Under the pieces are notes generated by a model. That model did no database searches. It was not told where the DNA came from and saw nothing but the letters and a program-made list of their open reading frames with translations. Source: Mizuhopecten yessoensis (Eukaryota). Taken from it: a stretch of 64,000 nt of DNA. Numbering within the stretch: the stretch's first letter is position 1; the number at the start of each line of letters is the position of its first letter. Positions 53,001 through 64,000 of this stretch are shown piece after piece. The translations under genes and the position numbers were made by a program. The stretch is taken from positions 674,295 through 738,294 of the forward strand of contig NW_018480059.1 in assembly GCF_002113885.1 (NCBI RefSeq). Reading direction: 5' to 3'.

Positions 53001-56000
53001 ACTTTACTTGTATTTGATAAAAGCTTGTTGAGTGTGAAACAAATTATTGCCATGGAGACGTGGGTTGGAGCTTGACCTGGGTTGACCCTGCCGTAAAACC
53101 GTTATTTAAACCAGTCGCGTCTCTGTGCCCGTCTTATGAGCCCCGTTTGTCTAACGTAACTTGTCATTTTACGAAGTGGGAAAATCGCATCAGTTGCCGA
53201 TGTAAATTTTCGCTTCGTCAACCTTTCTCATATTTGTGGAAGACGTTAGTCTTGAAACAAATAAACCAATCCCGTACTTAAGTTGTTCGATTTTTGCATA
53301 CGAGACAAAATATATATATTTTACAATATTCCAAAAAATAATAACGATTATCTTTATTTTTTTTATTACTTTCAGCCCGACTGTGGTCTAAATTCTTCAA
53401 TAGTTTTATTTCGTGTAATTATACGAAAACATATGTATCAAGATTATTAACAATTAGCTTCTATAAAACACTGTTAAGACGGAGGATAATTTTATTTCGT
53501 ATAACCCGTTGAGCAATTCCTTTGAAAGATGTTTCAATAAAAACAGCTTGTACAACTAAGAAAATGACTGAATATACAAATATAGTTTGCTATCACTATA
53601 ACCGAAACCGTCAGCATACTATTTTGTTAGATGCTTTTAAGCAATTACAATATTCATACTTGGTCAATGTGTTGATTCATGAGAGTTTACTGTATTGTTT
53701 ATGATAAGAAAAAATATTACAATCTGAAGTTTTATTGGCTTTGCGATACTAGACATTTCACATACAGGAAATAACGAACTAGGTGAAGTTGTGCCAGTTT
53801 TCTTGACTGGTTATTTTTGTGAAGCAGACAGAGTAACACGGAAAATTCAGAATCATGCTTATCGACTATTTTTGCCTGCTTCTAAAATTTAACTTGTAAC
53901 ACACGTACAGCGACACTTATCAAACCACCGTCTATAAAAGTGTTTTGCGTATAACCTCTGGCACTGAATATAACGTGATGTATCACAATGAGAGGTTTCT
54001 CCAACAGTAGCCAACACTTAGTACAGTTGATTCTGGGGTGGCCACAACACCTGTTGATTGAAGATATTTTAAAGAAGCATCATTACGTTGACATTATTGT
54101 GATGAAGCTATATATATTGTAACTTTATTATGTTGTCACTTTTTATGGTGTCATAATTAATAATTAATTAAAATGTCACACTATTTGTAAATACATCTTA
54201 AAACTCTCTCTCTTTCAATTAAACAACTGTACTAAAATATTTTTTATAGACAATATTACTATACCGTTGCGCATTTATCCAGATATGAGACTAATACAAA
54301 AATAAACAGTGTGACGGAAGCTGCTGTTTCCCGAAAATATAGCTCAGTTAAAACGAGGCTATTGCTACAGTTTGAGAAATATTTCAGTTGAGTGGTGTGT
54401 TGAGTTGGTATATGACCTTGATCCCTCTTTTTCTTTGATATCGATTTACGTATTGAATGGGTAGATAAGAGTTTGCATTCCATGGCAATACATGGACTTA
54501 ACCCTTTTGTCCATTCTGTAACTGTATGTTCTGGATAAGCGAAGTTATAGTGCCTCATATATATATTAAATAAACAATATATTCTTATGTATTTCCTTAT
54601 AATCAATACTATGTTGTGTAGGTTTGGCGAAAATATATCTCTTATTTGTTATGCAACTAACTCATATAATCAACTTCTATCGTTTTCGTATATAATGTAA
54701 ACATCCGTATATATATAGCTAGGTTTGAAAAATCACGAGTAACATTAACTGAGTTCCTATGTAAAATAAATGGACCATTAATATGCCAGGATATCTCGTG
54801 GCTCAGTAGGTAGTTATATGGTCCCCGCACAGTGATCCGAAGCCAAGATAAGAAAACCCTTCACGACATTACGCGTCAACTGAGTTTCAACCATAAAAAA
54901 CAATCATTCTGACGTGGAACACATGGTTTCAGGAGTTGATGTAGACAACTAGACTGTTCCTCTTTGCCATGTTCGCATGTTTCCTATCGGGAAGAAAATG
55001 TTGCAAAAAAAATCATGATTTGTGTGTGCAGTTTTGACAGCCGCCCACAAAAAGCGAGACATGGGATGCAAAGCGGTGTAAACCGCCATACGAAGGAAGT
55101 AGACATATGACGCGCATTTCCTGTACAATAAGCGCACTGTTGTATAAGTGTTATTATGTTTCATGATTTTTGATATGCTTGCTTCCTCGAATAAAATTAA
55201 TTTGCATTGTAATAGGAGGAGTTTGGTTATGTACGAGCTGTATAGATCAGATTCTTGTATTAATAAATCGTTTTAACTTTCCTTATAGAAAACACACACT
55301 TTAATAGTGGAGCAACATCCCACAATCAACTGTATTGTCATTAGTCTTATCATTGTTAGGGAATTGCTTTTATGATATACAAATGCGTCTACAATAATAT
55401 GTAAGCAACAGCTTAAACGAATAATACTAATTTATAATATTTCATTAAAAAGAACATTGCTAGGATGTGTTTGGATGTTTGGTCTATCAAACCGTTTGTA
55501 AATAAAGATATTAAATAACATGATTCCAATTCCACCCCTACAGCCTTCTTTTAATAAAATAGGCGTTACATTAAAACTTCTGCTGTTAGAGAATTGTATA
55601 TGATCGGCCCCATTGTCTAAGTCCATGAAGCTGGGGGCATCATGGCAGATGTTTACCAACAAAGCATGACCAATTTGACTACCAGACAATACATCTGATC
55701 CTTTCATCTGTGTCCATCCATTAAACATGTTATTTAGTTTCCTTTGAACATTAAACCACACGGTTTGATGTAGACCTTTATAACGTGTTGCAATGCTGTT
55801 AACAACTACCTTACTCACAAAAAATACACGAGTTAAAAAATGTGCAGACCTGGTAATTTTGTTTCTGCTCATGATTAGACGCGATAAACTTTCCTTTTGT
55901 TTTTTATTTATTGCTATCATCAAACTCTATGCACTTGACGTTTTAATCGACTTTGATACATTCATGAAGATGGCAATGACCTCGGATATATTCTTCTGTG

Positions 56001-56866
56001 TCTATCACGACTATACCAATGTCGGAGCGTTCTGCAGATGGAAGCCACATGGACCAGTAAAGAAGGCTCCATGTAAGACTTTTACTTTCGGGTCAAGAAC
56101 CTAGAAAAGAAAGAAAACAGGATCTAGGTCGAAATCAGGCGATACGATCTAGGCCATAGATAATGTCTAGATCGTTGACATACATCTTCGAAGATAGGAA
56201 GTAAACGATTGTTTTATCATATAATGAACTGTCACATGGCATTGTCTTGATTGCTGATGCTTTATGGTATATATTTATAGAACAATACGATGCTGAATAT
56301 CATGACAGATATCAAATATGGCGCAAGAGTTCTATGTTTTATCGATCTCCTTAATAGACGCTGTGATATATTTTTCTGTTTTACTTTCTATGGGATTCAA
56401 ACTACATATTTATCACGGAATATGACACTGTTTTCAATGAACAACGATAAAATGGCAAGATTCAGCGATTCGTTTGCGTTTTCTATCAGACGAAATGAGA
56501 AACTAACATACCAATGAAAAGCATTCATTAACTTCTGATAACATCTCTGAACGTTTTCATTTATTTCCGTGTGTGTTGTCGATATATACATGTGTATACG
56601 ATTTGTTCATGTTGCTTTTTTAGTTACAAAATGTAAGATGCACTGCATAGATATTCAAAACCTTGCAATCTCAAATAATTAAGTGTTTCTGATAAGAAGA
56701 ATCCATAACGCGCCAGTCACGATCCTAACTTCAACAGGAAATATATAAATATATGCTTACTAACTTCTCAATTTCAAGTGATCACAGAGTATATATTTTT
56801 CTTGTAAGAAGGAATGATTAGAAATTTATAAAAGGACGGCAAGGGTCGGTTTTGTACAGTTTGACT

Positions 56867-56976
56867 CACAGGGGCATGGATCGCTTTACTTGTAATATAA
56901 AAAAATATAGGGGTCTATTAGTATAGGAGACCCCTATTTTTTTTATATTACAAGTAAAGCGATCCATGCCCCTGTG
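56867..56976. mobile_element. 110-bp MITE with ~50-bp near-perfect TIRs and an 8-bp TSD (hAT- or P-superfamily type)
   Basis: cacaggggcatggatcgctttacttgtaatataaaaaaatataggggtct ... agacccctattttttttatattacaagtaaagcgatccatgcccctgtg. The direct repeat gtttgact lies at 56859-56866 and 56977-56984. Confidence 0.9.
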
Positions 56977-57279
56977 GTTTGACTTACCTATTTAACAATT
57001 CTTGGTTATTTCCAAGTGGTTGTTATATACAGTGTATGGAAGTATTAACAGTATGGCGTGTTACTTTATGTAACGTATTCGTGACGGGTCACACTGCTAT
57101 CGCCCAAGGAAATTTAAACGTAAATGTGTCGAGTCAACGATATTTACAGTCAGGCATTGTAACAAAGAAAGTTGCAACAAAAGATAAATGGTATTTCATG
57201 ACTATTAATACTTATAATAGCCGATGTTTCAACAACTAAACGTCTTTTAGAATACTTTGGACATGACTGTGACAGTTAA

Positions 57280-57321
57280 TATCACTGATGAGTACTAAAT
57301 GAACGAAATTGCATTATGGTA
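57280..57321 (+). ncRNA. Degenerate minimal type I hammerhead ribozyme motif (Penelope-like element remnant)
   Basis: tatca-CTGATGA-gtac taaat gaac-GAAA-ttgcat-TA-tggta. Stem I tatca/tggta is intact, and stems II and III each carry a mismatch. Confidence 0.45.
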
Positions 57322-60300
57322 AAGTAAAACACGACGTACTAAGTTTGATTTTCTGCAACGGAAACTTTAATTTTTGAAATACATTACAAAGGTCTAGATA
57401 CAACATCCATTGAAACATTTAGAAAATGGATCAACATATAAAAGATGGAAAGTTATCGAAACTGATATTTCTGTATAAGAGAGGTGCGGATCGTAACTCT
57501 TAGTAGGCTCTGTTCAAATCGTGATTTGCTGGCACGGCAAAATATTAAGCCCGCTAACTCGCTCGTGTCTTTAGCACGAGGGACTACACATATATGCTTA
57601 CTAGACAAAATGTGCCCATATTCTATTAATTTCCAAAATCTCCGTATTCTTTTAAGTTCTTAAAGTTTTAATAGCATGTATAATTTTTACAATACGTAAT
57701 AATCACTTCAATGGCTTGTTGAACTCATAAAAAAGCAATTAACAACTTCCTGTATGTTTAACTATATCCACGACATACCCGATATATTCACCATCTTGTT
57801 CACATTGCACGGTCGATTTAGGGTCGTCGAACTTACATAGAAGTATGTTTCTTGCATTAAGTTGATAGGACACTTACACAGCAGTATACTTAAAACTAAT
57901 TAGGGAATTATGTTGATTAACGGAACGAAAAAAGGGTGAAAAAGTTACTAGAATTCACCTATTACAAGCGTCCAACAGCACTAGAAATCACCTGCTGCAA
58001 CAACTCACATGGCCCGACTGTTACAAGCGTCCTGGATTCACCTGTTAATAGAGTTCAATATCCCCCTTTAACTACCAGGATATTAAAAAGCGTCCAGTAT
58101 TTTGAGTAAAACTAATTTTTGCATTTTTATTTCTGAGCAGATTTTTTGTATGTTACTCTACGTTTCTTTCCTGTAGTTGATAATTATAAATACACGCACA
58201 TATAAACATCTTGATTGTGATTTGTACTGTATGTTGTATTGCGGATTGCTATTTGTATATAAGGATTTGTTAGTTTGTTTGAGTGAATTCTATTTCATTG
58301 TGTGGATTGATGTCGATCTTGCACATAACATTAATGTCATTTAAAAAATAAGAGAATTCCATGTTTTTTTGTTATATTCTATAACTTAATTTCCATATTT
58401 TAGATACACACTGAGCTATTTTTTAATATATCAATCTCCCATGAAGATAACCAGACTTCCAGGAGCATCCCACAAAAATCCCCTGATTTGCTTACGGGGC
58501 ACTATTGTATTGAGAGAGGTATCAGCTATGATGAACGATTCTCTAAGACGCCGTAACATATGGTAACTGGGTCAACCCTTGGGAGGAATAGGGGCCGTTT
58601 ATCTCGCTCCCCAGCTCGGGGTTATCTCTGGACACCGATATGGCCCTCTCGGTTTACATTCCCGGTACAGGTTTCAGCTGCCACCGTATACAAATTATGT
58701 TTAGAAAAAAACACCTATGTTTCGTTTTCTACTTTAACCAGCATTGACGTGAATACTTTACCGTTTCTCGTTGAAAGTCATAGGTATCCGATTTAGAGGG
58801 AAAGCAGTACGAAGTAATTTTGAAACAGATAAATCCCACTCGGGCGGGCTTATAAATAACGTAAGGTGCGTTCACCTCAAACGTGTACTGGATGATCATG
58901 AGGGAATTTCTGTTTTGTGTTTAAAAGAAATTAACGAAGAGAATATCGGTTTGTAAACAAGCTCGTAATTCGACCACAAAGATGAATGAAAATAAGGCGA
59001 AATAAGAAAAAATGTAAGATTTACAAAGAGAGTATAGAAAAAGTATATGGAGAATAAAACCAGGTATACAAAAAGCGTCTTCTGCTTCATCGACGACATC
59101 CGCCATATAGGTTAAAGCCAATTAATGCCAGGTTTTCAAAAAGAGAAACGCGGTAGCTAAAACAAAACAACACACTTATAAGCATGATAAAAACTAAATG
59201 TTCGTATTGCACAAGGAATTCAAAAATTTCTCATTGAGGTCTTAATTACAACTTTAAAACTTATCTTAATCTGCCTGCCTTACATGCATGAAGTTGAATA
59301 GTTAACATTCATATAAAAAAAATCTCTATGGCAACCATACAACTTACCTTCCTCAGCGCCTGCCTCACTTCAAACCACGTGTTTATCGCAGAAATTGTGA
59401 TATTCGGAGCAAGGTCGTGAATATCAAATTGACTGTTATTTGCAAACAACGTCGATAAGAAATACTGTTAAGAAAGGAAAAGTTCACGATCGGAGAACCG
59501 AAACAGTAGCAAACATCATACAGCTAAATAGTTTTTTGTTATTCGAAGACAATACGTCTGACGTTTCTAAACATTTTCTTCAGGTTGGTGAGTATGGATT
59601 ATGAGAAGTTCTTTGTACACAACCAATACAATTTTCTATGTGACGTTTTGATGACTAGTACGATATGTACACTGTCACCTTCATCAGACAAATGACCAGT
59701 GAAGCGTATGCACACAAAGGTGTAAAATGTGTACGAGTTGTCCATTAAATCGATGTCGATTTCGGCAACGCTGGAAACGTATGTACAATAGTTGTTATAT
59801 ATGTATCGAAATGACTCAATTCAGCTACGCTTTGTTACGTCTGACAGTTATATTACTGACACTGAAATCGAAGTACTTTTAAAGTCTGTGTTACAAGTCC
59901 TGAAAATATCTTCTATAATTTCAGCCTCACGTGAAAACAAAATAAAGTCGGTTAAGAGAAAGTACAGAATTGGTATGCCACCAGCCCAGTAGAAACGGTT
60001 TTTCCCGACCGCAACACGATATCGTCAACCAGAAATTCAATCACGATTTCATCTTTAGTATATGCTCCAAAATAGTTCTCAACCTAATATTTGTAGTATT
60101 ATTCGTAAACAAATATCATGATATGAGAAAAAAGGCGTGTTACTTCAGTTTTGTATGATATATGGTAGTTTACTGAGCGGAAAGGCAAATGGCCTAATAT
60201 AAGAACCGTTTTAATGAAAGGGAATGTGTATTTTAATTTTTTAAATATTGCCATGCTCTCGAACTAATCAGGTGCGGTACTGATTCACTTTAACAGTCAA

Positions 60301-60423
60301 ACAATGATGTCTGCATAAATATTTTACAGTAGTTCTTTTTTCGCTATTTCGTGATCAGATAAGTTTTCGAATTAAATATGACAATGGGCAGTTCTGGTAA
60401 GGTAAAACAGGCGCTACAGAGAT

Positions 60424-60824
60424 TACTATCTCTGCTAACAGAACAAAGCTTACTTACTTTACTTACACTTCACAGCTCACTATTCCGAGAACAATACAGT
60501 GTATACTATCTCTACTAACAGAACAAAGCTTACTTACATTACTTACACTTCACAGCTCACTATTCCGAGAACAATACAGTGTATACTATCTCTACTAACA
60601 GAACAAAGCTTACTTATTCTACTTACACTTAACACCTCACTATTCCGAGAACAATACAGTGTATACTATCTCTACTAACAGAACAAAGCTTCCTTACTCT
60701 ACTTACACTTAACATCTCACTAGTCCGAGAACAATACAGTGTGTACTACCTCTACTAACAGAACAAAGCTTACTGACTCTACTTACACTTAACAGCTCAC
60801 TATTCCGAGAACAATACAGTGTGT
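60424..60824. repeat. Tandem array, 5 x 80 bp
   Basis: Units start at 60424, 60504, 60584, 60664 and 60744 (tactatctctactaacagaacaaagcttac...ctattccgagaacaatacagtg). Confidence 0.95.
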
Positions 60825-61507
60825 ATTATATCTTTACCCGAAAATGAAATAACGTACGACTTTGATTAAAATTCACACGAAAATGAAAATCACTTTCCGG
60901 ATTAAAAGCTGGCTATTGTACTGAAAACAAATTAGTTTTTTTTGTACTTTTTTTTGGCCCATGACTTAAAGTTAATAAGACTCATGGAGTCATTTCTGGA
61001 TAACAAGTACACACAGGTGCTGAGTAACGTAAACAATGCGGATGTTCCGTCCAAATATATCATTAAAACTGTCAGATAAAAGTACAAAATGACGTTTTTT
61101 CTGTAACCTGGTATCATGTAACGGACAAACACAGGAACAAAACTCTATCCACCGCTGCCAAATTGTCTTCACTCAAATTTATTTTCATCAAAGTTATTGT
61201 TCGAGCTACCCAAAGTTGAACTTTTTTTGTCATCAGATAATCATTTAAAATCCTGATCTATGTACATCAACGTATGCATATTTCGTTTCCTATAGGCATG
61301 CAGTACATGTAGCAGAATTAGTTTAAACATATTTTATTGTACAAATATACAAATGGATAGGACAACAAATTATTACAACTTAATAAAGTCCCCTCCACAA
61401 TACATATGGTAAAATAAACGTATATGTTTTTTAGGGAAAGGGCGAAAGATAGGGTGGAGAAGGAAAGGTTGTGTGGGGTGGGGATGGCTGGTGAGGGGGA
61501 GGGGGGG

Positions 61508-61892
61508 NNNNNNNNNNNNNNNNNNNNNNNNNNNNNNNNNNNNNNNNNNNNNNNNNNNNNNNNNNNNNNNNNNNNNNNNNNNNNNNNNNNNNNNNNNNNN
61601 NNNNNNNNNNNNNNNNNNNNNNNNNNNNNNNNNNNNNNNNNNNNNNNNNNNNNNNNNNNNNNNNNNNNNNNNNNNNNNNNNNNNNNNNNNNNNNNNNNNN
61701 NNNNNNNNNNNNNNNNNNNNNNNNNNNNNNNNNNNNNNNNNNNNNNNNNNNNNNNNNNNNNNNNNNNNNNNNNNNNNNNNNNNNNNNNNNNNNNNNNNNN
61801 NNNNNNNNNNNNNNNNNNNNNNNNNNNNNNNNNNNNNNNNNNNNNNNNNNNNNNNNNNNNNNNNNNNNNNNNNNNNNNNNNNNNNNNNNNNN
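61508..61892. other. Assembly gap (385 N)
   Basis: Run of N flanked by a G-rich tract on the left and a minisatellite on the right. Confidence 0.99.
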
Positions 61893-62158
61893 TGGTGTAA
61901 GTATAGATGGATAGGAGGACATGCATGGTGTAAGTATAGATGGATAGGAGGACATGCGTGGTGTAAGTATAGATGGATAGGAGGACATGCATGGTGTAAG
62001 GATAGATGGACAGGAGGACATACGTGGTGTAAGTATAGATGGATAGGAGGACATGCAAGGTGTAAGTATAGAGGGATAGGAGGACATGCATGGTGTAAGT
62101 ATAGATGGATGGGAGGACATGCATGGTGTAAGTATAGATGGATAGGAGGACATGCATA
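61893..62158. repeat. 33-bp minisatellite (tggtgtaagtatagatggataggaggacatgca), 8 visible copies, running into the gap
   Basis: Direct inspection. It produces the repetitive spurious ORFs at 61318-62197. Confidence 0.95.
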
Positions 62159-62647
62159 GCAGGTCAACGCTTCACATAAAAATAAAGAACCCCTCAACAG
62201 AGGTCAAAGTTTCAAAAGTTTCCAAAACACTATTTCTTATAAACGTTATTTAGATGATTGTTTTGCTCTTTTTGTACTGCCCATGAAAAAGATACACATA
62301 TTAAGCATACAGCAACAATAGATTTAAGTCAATTTCAATAGGATTATCCTTTAAAATGTGTAAATAATATTACCATGTCCCTGTTGGTGTAGACGTCAAT
62401 ATACGATTGCCCTAATTGTGCCTCTCATGTCGCCCACTTCACAATCAGCTGATTGAAACAGCGCCGCCCCGTATCCGTTCAGGTCAGAGGCAGCCAAACT
62501 ACTGTTTTACGTTAAATCCAAAAATAAAAAATTTCCCTTTGGTTTCAGATCATAACTGAAGGAAAGTAATATTCAGTTGATTGATAACTTTAACTACATG
62601 CAGCGAAAAACCAAAGTATCTAAAAATGCTTATGTATCCTTCCACTT

Positions 62648-64000
62648 ATACACTATACATACACAAGCATACACTATACATACACAAACATACACTATAC
62701 ATACATAAGCATACACAAACATACACTATACATACACAAACATACCCTATACATACACTATACATACACAAACATACACTAAACATACACAAACATACAC
62801 AAACATACACAAACATACACAAACATACTCTTTATACATACACAAACATACACTATGCATACACAAACATACACTATACATTCACGAACATACACTATAC
62901 ATACACAAACATACACTTTACAAACACAAACATACACTATACATACACAAACATACACAAACATAAACAAACATACACTATACATACACAAACATACCCT
63001 ATACATACACAAACATACACTATACATACATAAGCATACAGTTTACATACACAAACATACACAAACATACACAAACATACCCTTTATACATACACAAACA
63101 TACACTATGCATACACAAACATACACTATACATACACAAACATACAATATACATACATAAGCATACACTTTACATACACAAACATACACTATACATACAC
63201 ACACATACACTATACATACATAAACATACACTATACATACACAAACATACACTATACATACATAAGCATACACTTTACATACACAAACATACACAAACAT
63301 ACACAAACATACACTATACATAAACAAACATACACTATACATACACAAACATACAATATACATACATAAGCATACACTTTACATACACAAACATACACTA
63401 TACATACACAAACATACACTTTACATACACAAACATACACTATACATACACAATACAGACATGAACATACACAAACATACACTATACATACACAAACATA
63501 CAATATACATACACAAACATACACAAACATACACAAAAATACACTTTATACATACACAAACATACACTATGCATTCACAAACATACACAAACATACACTA
63601 TACATACACACACATACACTATACATACATAAACATACACTATACATACACAAACATACACTATACATACATAAGTATACACTATACATACACAAACATA
63701 CACAAACATACACAAACATACCCTTTACATTCACAAACATACACAAACATGCACAAACATACACTATACAAACATAAGTATACACTATACATACAAACAT
63801 ACACTTTACATAAACAACCATACACTATACATACACAAAAATACACTATACATATACACACATACACAATACATACATAAACATACACTATACATACACA
63901 AGCATACACTATGCATACACAAACACACACTATACATTCACAAACATACCCAAACATACACAAACATACACAAGCATACACTATACAAACACAAACAAAC
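62648..64000. repeat. Compound CA/TA-rich simple repeat (catacacaaa / catacacta(ta) units, ~21-bp composite)
   Basis: Almost G-free strand. It produces the low-complexity ORFs at 62581-63981. Confidence 0.97.

Noticed and set aside
54797-54845. tRNA-like A-box (gtggctcagtaggtag)
   Set aside because: No B-box or cloverleaf. At most a decayed SINE head.
60424-60824. CRISPR-like regular array
   Set aside because: Whole 80-bp units repeat with no unique spacers, there are no cas genes, and the context is eukaryotic.
61318-63981. Long ORFs in the ORF track
   Set aside because: They are translations of minisatellites, simple repeats and an N gap.

Overview
AT-rich, intron-dense animal genomic DNA, most likely a lophotrochozoan such as a bivalve mollusc (inferred from gene style and repeat types). 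Most ORF-track entries are intron noise, so I rebuilt three spliced genes by hand from GT-AG boundaries and phase. (1) Collagen A: the 3' end of a fibrillar collagen alpha chain, + strand, 259-4018. (2) A complete 15-exon, 491-aa PLP-dependent acidic amino acid decarboxylase of the CSAD/GADL1/ADC group, - strand, 15237-5501. (3) Collagen B: a complete 49-exon, ~1400-aa fibrillar collagen, - strand, 52501-24186, with signal peptide, VWC, a 1012-residue main helix with one interruption, and COLFI. The collagens are convergent paralogs flanking the decarboxylase. The most striking observation is a 23-nt element in the collagen A 3'UTR that is antisense to two tandem sites just after the collagen B stop codon, with every mismatch a G-U wobble. 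This suggests possible mRNA-mRNA pairing between partner chains, both of which lack the two inter-chain C-propeptide cysteines. The rest contains an L2 LINE 3' end, a Crypton-like remnant, MITEs, a degenerate hammerhead motif, several minisatellites and a 385-N gap. All coordinates are hand-derived and nothing was searched against a database.
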